NCBI RefSeq assembly: GCF_020637165.1
Contig: NZ_JACJWN010000007.1
Reading direction: 5' to 3' (one strand)
From: Mycolicibacterium sp.
GTDB lineage: Bacteria > Actinomycetota > Actinomycetes > Mycobacteriales > Mycobacteriaceae
Length of the DNA: 64,000 nucleotides
Of the stretch, positions 10,399-18,728 are shown piece after piece. The notes under the pieces are model-generated. The model had not been told where the DNA came from. It did not search any database and was given only the letters and a program-made list of their open reading frames with translations. The translations under genes and the position numbers were made by a program. Within the stretch, counting starts at the first letter, position 1. Each line of letters starts with the position of its first letter.

Positions 10399-12624
10399 GT
10401 GAAAGTCGGCCCGGGACGCGGTGACAACTGTTGGGTTGTTCCGTTTTCCCGGGCCGCTTCCCGAACCCGGCGTGCACCTTTCAATGCACCGGGCTCTCCA
10501 CAAGACCCGGTCAGGCTGCTGTTGTGGTGGCATCCTCATCGGCGAGTGGCCAGGGTGAGGGGATGACCGATCCGCGGTAGCGGTATCGGGTGGTGCCGAT
10601 CTTCGTGAGGTCGATCAGCACGTGGTCCTCGGTGGCTGGCCACCAACCGCCGCCGCAGTAGCGGTGGCGCAACTGTGTCCGGGTCGCCTTGCGGTGTTTA
10701 CGGAGCATCCGTCGCCATACCGTCTGCCACGCGTAGTGACTCAGGTAGGAGAAGGTCGCCGAGGACACCCCGGCCCGGAAATAGCCCGCCCAGCCCCGCA
10801 GCGTCGAATTGATCCGGCGCAACAGGTCATCGAGCGGTTGATTGGGTTCGACTGCTCGGCCCAACGCCTTGATCTTCCGTTTGACCGCCAGCACGGCCTT
10901 GGTACTCGGATAGACGTAGACGTAGTGGCGGCTGGTGCCTTTCTTGCGGTGACGCTGGATGCGCCACCCGAGGAAGTCCAGCCCCTCGTCGATGTGGGTG
11001 ATCAGGGTCTTCTCCGGTGACAGAGCAAGACCCATCGTCGCCAGCACGGCGGCGATGCCCTCTCGTAGTGCTTCGGCGTGGGCGTGAGTGCCCCGCACCA
11101 TCAGACACCAGTCATCGGCGTAACGGACAAGCCGAAAATTCGGCTGCCCACGACGAAGTCGTCTGGCGCGCTCGTAGATGCCGGTCTCCGGGCCACCCGG
11201 CAAACCAGCGATGTACTCATCGAGCGCCGACAACGCCACATTGGCCAACAACGGCGAGAGGATTCCACCCTGCGGAGTTCCCGCGGTACTGTCCTCCAGC
11301 AGGCCCGCCTCGGTGAGGATGCCCGCCTTCAGGAACGCCTTGACCAGACCCAGCACGCGGTTGTCCCCGACGCGACGACGCACCCGGCCCATCAGGGCGG
11401 TGTGGTCGATCTCGTCGAAGCAGGCCTTGATGTCGCCCTCGACGACCCAGTCATAACACCTGGGACGCGTCGCGAGGTAACGCACCTCGGCCACCGCATC
11501 ATGAGCCCGGCGATTCGGGCGGAAACCGTAGGAACACGGCAGGAAATCCGCCTCGAAGATCGGCTCCAGCACCAACTTCAGCGATGCCTGGACCACCCGG
11601 TCGGCCACGGTTGGAATCCCCAAACGGCGCAGCTTGCCGCCGCTTTTGGGGATCATCCGCTCGCGGACCGGCAACGGCCGGAAACTGCGGCCCTTCAGCT
11701 GCGACCGCAGCTCGTCGAGGAACGCCTCGACGCCCTGCCCGGCAACGATGGACGACGCGGTGCGCCGATCCACCCCCGCCGTGGCGGCACCGCTGTTCCC
11801 GCTCACCCGATCCCACGCCACCAGAAGGAAGGCGGGATCGGCGACGAGGTTGAACAGATCGTCGAACCTGCGATGAGGATCATCGACAGCCCAACGGTGC
11901 AGCTTGGTCTGGATCTTCAGTACCCGTTGGCGCGCCATCATCAGCGCGACCTCGAGTTCGTCGGTATTCACCGGCGACATCACACTCCTCCTGACCTTCC
12001 AGTTCTTCTGCTGCATGTCTTGCTGACCCCCTTGGCCCTGTGACCGCCTTTCTCGGTCTCCGCGGCGGGCACGTCACCGCCCGCGACTACTACGGGGTCT
12101 CCGCCCCACCCGATAGCGGTCCCTATCAACTCCGAACGCTTGAGTCTTCTCATCCCTCCCGGCTGGATACCGGGCCGGACGAACGGTCTCGCCAAGGTGG
12201 TTCCCACGTTCACCAGGTCATCGGTCGGTCAGGGAGGCACCCAGCTCTACTCCGGCAGCGTCGCCACGGCTACGCCGCAGGCCTTCACCGCGGCCTCCTC
12301 ACCGCTGGAGAAAGACGGCTTCGGAGTCGACACCCCATCCGGGGTGCCGTGCACTGCACACCGGCCCATATCCACCAGGTTGGAGCCGGCTTCGCGGTTA
12401 CGGAGCTTCTACCACTGGTTCGCTTGCGCTGTACCTTTTGACCTCGCTCGACGAGCTCGCACCGTCTGGCAGTCCCAGCACGACTCGCCTTCTCGGGGCC
12501 GCTTGCCACCAATCGCCGTCGTTCCCGACAATCGGCTGCCCCGACGCTTCATCAGGCCGCTGCGACGGCCCAACGGAGATGGTCTCTCACCACCTCCCGA
12601 TACACCCAGCGCCTCGTGGCGCAC
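10399..12624 (-). mobile_element. Group II intron, copy 1 (2226 nt)
   Basis: 5' GTGCG, 3' ..CCGACTTTCAC, domain V GAGCCCGGTGC..GAAA..GCACGCCGGGTTC; removing it restores FFARESDPRLR. Confidence 0.92.
10511..12016 (-). CDS. ltrA: Group II intron reverse transcriptase/maturase, no HNH domain seen
   Basis: RRLGIPT, SYGFRP, GTPQGG, YADD, DFLG; alternative start at 11980. Confidence 0.92.
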   Translation of the reverse strand: MQQKNWKVRRSVMSPVNTDELEVALMMARQRVLKIQTKLHRWAVDDPHRRFDDLFNLVADPAFLLVAWDRVSGNSGAATAGVDRRTASSIVAGQGVEAFLDELRSQLKGRSFRPLPVRERMIPKSGGKLRRLGIPTVADRVVQASLKLVLEPIFEADFLPCSYGFRPNRRAHDAVAEVRYLATRPRCYDWVVEGDIKACFDEIDHTALMGRVRRRVGDNRVLGLVKAFLKAGILTEAGLLEDSTAGTPQGGILSPLLANVALSALDEYIAGLPGGPETGIYERARRLRRGQPNFRLVRYADDWCLMVRGTHAHAEALREGIAAVLATMGLALSPEKTLITHIDEGLDFLGWRIQRHRKKGTSRHYVYVYPSTKAVLAVKRKIKALGRAVEPNQPLDDLLRRINSTLRGWAGYFRAGVSSATFSYLSHYAWQTVWRRMLRKHRKATRTQLRHRYCGGGWWPATEDHVLIDLTKIGTTRYRYRGSVIPSPWPLADEDATTTAA

Positions 12625-12968
12625 CTCTCCCGCGCGAAGAAACTTGTTGCCGCCTTGAGGATTTCGATGGTCTGCTCAAGCTTGCGGTTCTTCTTTCGAA
12701 GCTCCCGCAACTCCTTGCTTTCCCCGGTCGACAGCCCGGGGGCCTGGCCGCTGTCGACCTCGTCCTGACGGACCCATTTGCGCAGGGTCTCCACGTTCAT
12801 CCCCAACCGCGCGGAGATGACCTTCATCGCCGCCCACTCGGTGTCGTACTCATCGCGATGCTCCCGAACCAACCGGACCGCCTTGGCCCTGATCTCCAGG
12901 GTGTATTCGCTTGGCATCGTGCCATCCTTCCCGCAAAAGAAGGTGTGCATGAAGGCCGCGGTGGTTCA

Positions 12969-13120
12969 AGTTCTGGTACGACTCGTCGTTGTCAGGGCCG
13001 CTGTCCACCCTCACCCCCATCCCGGGGATCGGGCTGCCCTCAGCTTCAACCCGCTGCTGCGACAACGGGAACGTGGTGGTCTCTCACCCCCACTCGGTCA
13101 AACAGCGCCTCGCGGCGCAC
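12969..13120 (-). mobile_element. 5' fragment of a second, different group II intron
   Basis: Begins GTGCGCCGCGAGGCGCTG; shares colinear blocks with the 5' end of intron 1; interrupts an IS3 orfB after WVADL. Confidence 0.75.
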
Positions 13121-13899
13121 CAGATCGGCAACCCAGAGCAGGTTGGGCGCGGGTGCGTGGAACTGGCGGTTGACCAGATCGGCCGGCCGCTGATCGGCCG
13201 GGTCGGTCACGGTGGTGAACACCGGCTTTCCCCGATGAACGCCCCGTAGCCCGGCTTTGCGCATCAACCTGCGGGTTTGTTCGCGACCCAGCTGCCAGCC
13301 CCGCCGGGGCATCGCCACGTGCATCTTCTTGACCCCGTAGACCGAGAAGTTCTTCTCGTGGACGGTGCGCAGCTCGGCGATCAGCTGTTCATCGCGGATC
13401 TCCCGGTCACTGGCCGGACGGGTCCGGGCGGCGCGGTAGCCCCGGGAGGTGAGAAAGCCAGGGATTGCTGCCCGCAAAATCCGGCAGATGAGCTCGACCC
13501 CGAACTGATCGCGATGCATGTCGATGAACGCGATCATTTCGTCGCGGGGCGGTCGAGCTCCGCTGCGAAAAACGCAGACGCAGACTTCAAAATCTCATTC
13601 GCTCTGCGTAGTTCGGCGACCTCCCGCTTCAGGCGCCGAATCTCGGCGTGCTCCACGCTGGTCATTCCGGGCCGCTCGCCGGCATCGACTTGAGCTTTAC
13701 GCCGCCACCGGCGCACCGATTCCTCCGAGACACCCAGTTTGCTGGCCACGGACTTGATGGCCTCGAACTCCGAAGTTTCCGAGGACTCCATCATCGTGTC
13801 CAACAACCGCAACGCACGCTGCCGGAACTCCGGCGAATACTGACGGGGCATAGTTCCTGATCCTCCTATACGGATCGGAACGAAACCTGGGGTAGTTCA
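13121..13899 (-). mobile_element. IS3-family element B, left part
   Basis: IR TGAACTACCCCAGG; orfA 13534-13851 (MPRQYSPEF); orfB truncated. Confidence 0.88.
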
Positions 13900-13998
13900 C
13901 AAAGAGCCCGGATGGTGGAGAGCCCGAATGATACTGTCGCGTCCACTGGCGACCCCTGAACCAACGGTCGGCCAGGGCTCTTTAGGGAGGACCAGGAC

Positions 13999-14898
13999 AT
14001 GGCAGTCTCAAAACCTTATTTGGAGACCAATTCACTGAAAATCGGGGAAGGAGTCGAATTCGGAACCAACGTTTCCATCACTGCCGATTCAGTAGAAATC
14101 GGAGATCGAGTGCTTCTTCGGAACGACATTCGTATCAACTGCCGTGGAAAACTGAGAATTGGTCATCACAGCATTCTTGGATCAGACGCGCGACTTCAGT
14201 GCAATAACTTAATCATTGGTAGTTGGCTTTACTCCTGCGATGGACTGGAGATCGGTTCCGGTGGATGCAACAGCAAAGAGTCGGACGTTACGATTGGCGA
14301 TCGCGTTGGAATCTTCGAGAGGGTTTTGATAAATCCGAATCATAAGGTCTCAATTGGTGACAATTGCGGGATTGGACGAGAAGTGCAGATTTGGACTCAC
14401 GGCGCTTGGCTTGACCCGCTTGCGGGGTTCCCCTCAGACTTCGGTCCGGTCTCAATCGGAAGCAACGTATGGCTTCCAGCGCGTTGTGTAGTGCTACCGA
14501 ATGTTCTCATCGGTGATAATTGTGTCATTGGGATTAACTCCATCGTCAACAAGTCAATTCCGTCGGGATCGTTCGCCGCGGGATGTCCGGCAAAAATACT
14601 CAAGTCGGACGCCTACCCTCTCGAAAGATCGGCTGATGAAGCAAATATGATAATACGAGGAATCGTCCGCGACTGGGAGACACAAATACGTTTCAAAAGA
14701 CCCAGTCTTAACTACTCGATTCGCGTGATTAATGACAAGGTAATCGTTCTACTTGCAGCAGGTGCTGAAACCATCTTTAACTGCGACCTTAAGACTGTTT
14801 CCGGAGAGACCACCGATGTCTCAGAGGATTTTCGGGACTATCTGCGGCGCAGAGGCATCAAAATATATACGGATAACTTTTTCGAGTCTATTAAATAG
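13999..14898 (+). CDS. Hexapeptide-repeat (LbetaH) acyltransferase
   Basis: Repeated IG.. hexapeptides, VSIGSNVWL, IGINSIVNKSIP; GGAGG upstream. Confidence 0.85.
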   Translation: MAVSKPYLETNSLKIGEGVEFGTNVSITADSVEIGDRVLLRNDIRINCRGKLRIGHHSILGSDARLQCNNLIIGSWLYSCDGLEIGSGGCNSKESDVTIGDRVGIFERVLINPNHKVSIGDNCGIGREVQIWTHGAWLDPLAGFPSDFGPVSIGSNVWLPARCVVLPNVLIGDNCVIGINSIVNKSIPSGSFAAGCPAKILKSDAYPLERSADEANMIIRGIVRDWETQIRFKRPSLNYSIRVINDKVIVLLAAGAETIFNCDLKTVSGETTDVSEDFRDYLRRRGIKIYTDNFFESIK

Positions 14899-14941
14899 TC
14901 ATTTTCGAGTCTATTAAATAGTCATAGTAGTAAATAGTCAT
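14880..14941. repeat. AT-rich tandem repeat, 2 x 23 bp plus a partial third copy
   Basis: TTTCGAGTCTATTAAATAGTCAT at 14880 and 14903; TAAATAGTCAT at 14931. Confidence 0.85.
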
Positions 14942-14981
14942 AGAAGCGTATCGCAATTAAAACAGTTAGGGTCGTATAGCC

Positions 14982-15617
14982 GTGGAAAAGTTCCTCAATC
15001 TCAGTAGGGCTCTATGCCTCTCTCCTCATCCAGATGATGTCGAATACAGCATGGGCGGGACCGCTCGGAAATATGGCGGAACATTCTTCGATGTTGTTTG
15101 TCTGTCCCGTGGTGGCGACCGCGATCGAACGGCCGGGGAAGAACGCATAGAGGAGGTAAAGGCGTTCTGGACCGCGAATAGTTGCGACAACGTCGCCGTG
15201 CATTTTCCGGAGATTGGGCACGTCAAAGATTTGAGTGATGATTTGTGGGTAAACCTACTCGAAACGCGGTATTTGCAGAACCAGAACTACGATGTAATTT
15301 TCACGCCATCGGCGTCGGACAGCCATTTCGAGCACCGAATAGCGAACAGGCTAGGGCCACCGCTCTCTCGACTGGAGAAGATTGCGATTGTGGAGTATTG
15401 CTCCCCGTCCACTCTAGATGATTGGATTCCAAACCTATTCGTCGACATCCACGACGAGTTCGAGCACAAACTCCAAGCGCTGGGTGAATTCAAGTCGCAA
15501 ATTTGCCGAAAGTACTTCAGCGAAACCACTATCCGTAACTTCAACACCAATTTCAGGTGTTCGAAGCGTGGAGTGCACTATGTCGAACAATTTAAAATAA
15601 AACAAATCTATGAGTAA
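14982..15617 (+). CDS. PIG-L/LmbE-family deacetylase
   Basis: SPHPDDVE and DSHFEH metal-binding motifs. Confidence 0.82.
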   Translation: MEKFLNLSRALCLSPHPDDVEYSMGGTARKYGGTFFDVVCLSRGGDRDRTAGEERIEEVKAFWTANSCDNVAVHFPEIGHVKDLSDDLWVNLLETRYLQNQNYDVIFTPSASDSHFEHRIANRLGPPLSRLEKIAIVEYCSPSTLDDWIPNLFVDIHDEFEHKLQALGEFKSQICRKYFSETTIRNFNTNFRCSKRGVHYVEQFKIKQIYE

Positions 15618-15644
15618 TGCGGATCGGTGTTCAGTGCACTCTCG

Positions 15645-17012
15645 CTATAAGCCTGACGCGTTTGGCGCGCCCAGCCTGAAGACTTTCGGTGAGGGGACCT
15701 GGATAGCTCTACGTGTGTCGACAACCATCTGCGCAGAATCAAGAACGGCTTCGTAATCCACAGTCGAGTGGTTGGCTAGTATAACCACACAATCCGCTCC
15801 CGCTAGCTCTTCGGGAGTGCATCTAACGGAGTCCATGTCTGCGTTCCCACCCAAATCCGCAGCTGCTATCTTAGGTACAAAAGGGTCATGGTAGGTAACT
15901 TTGCCACCCAATCTCAGAAGTTTACCGATGACGTCCAACGCGGGCGACTCGCGTATGTCGTTCACGTCGGCTTTGTAGGCGACGCCGAGCACAAGGACTT
16001 TTGAACCCCTAACAGCTTTCTGCTGGGAATTGAGGGCTTCCGTGACCTTGCCGACGACGTGGCTCGGCATGGAACTATTGAGCTGGCCAGCAAGCTCGAT
16101 CAAACGAGCTTCTAATCCGAATTCCCGCACTTTCCAGGAAAGATAGAACGGATCAACAGGTATGCAATGCCCACCGAGCCCCGGCCCCGGATAGAACGCC
16201 ATGAATCCAGCTGGCTTGGTTGCGGCGGCGTCAATCACCTCCCAAACGTCGATGTCCAAATGTTCGCACATCAGCGCCATTTCATTTGCAAGTCCGATGT
16301 TGACTGCGCGGAACGTATTTTCGAGCAGTTTCGCCATTTCTGCGGCACGAGTTGAGCTTACGGGAACCACTCGGTCGATTGATGTGGCTTTGTAGAGTTC
16401 AGCTGCCAGTGCGGAGCACTCCTCGGTTAACCCTCCGACCACCCTCGGTCTCCGCACTGAATCGGGGAGACCGGGATCGATGCGTTCAGGGGAGTAGGAC
16501 AAGAAAAAATCGACGCCGGCCTCCATGCCCGTTTCCTCAAGGATTCCGCGTAGCACCTCGTCCGTTGTACCGGGATATGTGGTTGATTCGAGAACTACGA
16601 GCATACCCGGACGCAGTATGGACTTTGCCGTACGGCCAGCAGCGATCACATAGGACAAATCAGGTTCTTTCGCGCTGCGAAGCGGCGTCGGCACACATAT
16701 GCTCACGGCATCGAGGTCATTGATTTGATCAAGGCCAGAGGCTGGGACAGCCCTGAAACGCCCCTTTGTCACCAGTTCTTTCAGTACGTCAGCTGGCACG
16801 TAGTCGATGTGCGATTCGCCACGGTTGATTCCGTCGCATTTTGTCCGATCGACGTCGATCCCAGTAACATTGAATCCCGCACAGCCGAGTTCAACTGCTA
16901 GTGGGAGGCCGACGTAGCCCAAGCCAATGACGCCGACGCGAGCAGTGCGGTTACAAAATTTTCGGTAGAGATTGGTTGCGAGTTGACTCGATAACCGCGG
17001 AATGTCTGACAT
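15645..17012 (-). CDS. Nucleotide-sugar (UDP-HexNAc) 6-dehydrogenase, WbpA/WecC-like
   Basis: GLGYVGLP, CVPTP, ESTTYPGTT, PGPGLGGHCIPVDP; ORF is open from 17063. Confidence 0.9.
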   Translation of the reverse strand: MSDIPRLSSQLATNLYRKFCNRTARVGVIGLGYVGLPLAVELGCAGFNVTGIDVDRTKCDGINRGESHIDYVPADVLKELVTKGRFRAVPASGLDQINDLDAVSICVPTPLRSAKEPDLSYVIAAGRTAKSILRPGMLVVLESTTYPGTTDEVLRGILEETGMEAGVDFFLSYSPERIDPGLPDSVRRPRVVGGLTEECSALAAELYKATSIDRVVPVSSTRAAEMAKLLENTFRAVNIGLANEMALMCEHLDIDVWEVIDAAATKPAGFMAFYPGPGLGGHCIPVDPFYLSWKVREFGLEARLIELAGQLNSSMPSHVVGKVTEALNSQQKAVRGSKVLVLGVAYKADVNDIRESPALDVIGKLLRLGGKVTYHDPFVPKIAAADLGGNADMDSVRCTPEELAGADCVVILANHSTVDYEAVLDSAQMVVDTRRAIQVPSPKVFRLGAPNASGL

Positions 17013-17098
17013 CGTTGCGCCCCAGTTGACAAATTTGATTATTCGACGTTGGTTTCGGATCAATCATAGCGCCAACATTTTTTCCTGACTGAATCGCC

Positions 17099-17224
17099 TG
17101 TAAGTCTTTACGCGGCTGGCCCGGTGCTGGCTGACAGGATCGGTGTCGCCGTCCTGGCTGAGTGTGACTCATGGATCGCCTGGCCCCCGCGAGGGTGCTG
17201 TTCCCCGGATCTGTCCACTTGGCG
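17099..17224 (+). mobile_element. IS110 left-end non-coding remnant, diverged copy
   Basis: Colinear with 17374-17500 (TGTAAGTCTTTA..GCTGGCTGACAGGATCGGTGTCGCCGTC..GATCTGTCCAC). Confidence 0.75.
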
Positions 17225-17364
17225 TAGCTGTCGTGACCTGACAGGTTGTTGACGGCGTGCCTGCTTGAAATGGGGAGGACCTCCTGACGGAGTGGATGTG
17301 TCTGGCATTCACACCGAAGGAGGTCCTCGTGTCTCACGCTAACGCCCGTACCTACCTGTTCGCT
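17225..17364 (+). mobile_element. IS481-family left-end fragment
   Basis: GTCGTGACCTGACAGG end, GGAGG RBS, then VSHANAR, a typical IS481 N-terminus. Confidence 0.65.
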
Positions 17365-17403
17365 TGAACCGCCTGTAAGTCTTTAGGTTGCTGGCTCGGT
17401 GCT

Positions 17404-17600
17404 GGCTGACAGGATCGGTGTCGCCGTCTTTGTTGGGTGTGACTCGTGAATCGCCCGGCGCCCGCGAGGGGTGCTCTTCCCGGGATCTGTCCACCTGGCG
17501 GGGGCGGCGGCGCCGGCCCGGTCTTGCTTCGGTGGCTTGATGAGAAGCCTGCCCGACTCGTTGCCGCGAGTCGTGGCCCGTTACAGGCCTGCCCCGTAGT
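17404..17600 (+). ncRNA. Predicted IS110 bridge RNA (5' stem, target-binding loop, donor-binding loop)
   Basis: Stems 17436-43/17489-95 and 17554-60/17567-73; guide-like TGAATCGCC (17447), TGAGAAGCC (17541), TTACAGG (17581); boundaries approximate. Confidence 0.65.
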
Positions 17601-17659
17601 GCTTTCCTCCGGGCTGACGCCGCCGACGACGTCGTCTACAGGAAGGAACTCACGTCGCC

Positions 17660-18510
17660 ATGGCTATCGTCGCAGAGCAGTACGCGTTTGTCATCGGGGT
17701 GGATACCCATGCCGCCACCCATTCATTAGCCCTGGTCAGCGCCGCGACTGGCGGTGTTGTTGATCAGGCGGTGTTTCCGAACTCTCCGGCGGGGTGTGAT
17801 CGTGCGGTGGGCTGGATTCACCGCAAAGTCCTCGACCAGCCGGCGCTGGTGGTCATCGAGGGGGTCGGTTCCTACGGGGCTGGGATCGCCCGCTGCGCGA
17901 GCAAGGACGGGCTCATGGTGGCCGAGCCAGCAGCTATGCTGCCCGGGCAGCGGCGCGGTATCGGCAAGACCGATGCGTTGGACGCCGTTCGGATTGCCCG
18001 CTCGGTGTTGGGCGTCGATTCTTCGCGGCTGCGGCGGCCGCGCGCTGAGGGCCAGCGGGTGGCACTGCGCGTGCTAGTCGTGGCTCGCGAGCAGATGACT
18101 GCCGAGCGTACCCGCGTGATCAATGCGCTTACCGCTTTGCTGCGCACGGTCGACCTGGGGGTCGATGTCCGTAAAGCTCTGGCGCACAGCCAGTTCAAGG
18201 CCATCGCTTCCTGGCGCGGCCGACAGGAAGATCCGGTCGCGGCGACCTGCCGACAGGAAGCGGTCCGGATGGCCAAACGCATTGTCGCCCTGGACGGCGA
18301 ACTGGCCGACAACCGCAAGGCCCTCGACGTCCTCGTCGAGCAGACCGCGCCCGAGCTGTGCAAGCTGCCCGGTGTCGGATCGGTCATCGCCGCAACGGTG
18401 TTGACCGCCTGGTCGCACCCAGGGCGAGTCCGTTCAGAAGCGGCGTTCGCCACCCTGGCCGGCACCTGCCCGATACCGGCCTCATCAGGCAACACGGTGC
18501 GCTACCGGCT
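17660..18510 (+). pseudogene. IS110 recombinase, C-terminally truncated
   Basis: GVDTH, VIEG, KTDALDA (DEDD) and LPGVG..PASSG. Confidence 0.85.
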
Positions 18511-18728
18511 TGAACTACCCCAGGTTTCGTTCCTAGTTGGTTGCGAGGGCCGGGGTTGGCTGGCTCGCGGGGTGTGAGGCGCCGGTGAGGGTGATGGCGC
18601 TCACTGAAAATCCCCACTGACGCTCGCTGAAATTCCCCACCCGTGTGGCTCCGCCGAGAAGGGCGGGCCTCCTTCGATGCTTCTGGTGTCTGACGCCAGT
18701 TGCTTCGTTGAAGGAGGCCCGCTTTCTC

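Larger units (their letters stand above)
9391..12968 (-). mobile_element. IS3-family element A carrying a group II intron, copy 1
   Basis: IRs TGAACCACCCCGGCTTTCATGCACAC / TGAACCACCGCGGCCTTCATGCACAC; orfA MPSEYTLE starts at 12917; orfB 9421-~10385. Confidence 0.9.
17374..18510 (+). mobile_element. IS110-family element, right end lost
   Basis: 286-bp non-coding leader followed by a DEDD recombinase; cut at 18511 by IS3-B. Confidence 0.85.

Noticed and set aside
10511-12016. RT as retron, DGR or defence RT
   Set aside because: Flanked by GTGCG, domains V/VI and an AC end, and precise removal restores the IS3 frame, so it is a group II intron
9391-12968. IStron
   Set aside because: IStrons are group I intron-IS605/IS607 chimeras; here the intron is inside an IS3
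14880-14941. Possible CRISPR mini-array
   Set aside because: Repeats are directly adjacent with no spacers, and no cas genes are present
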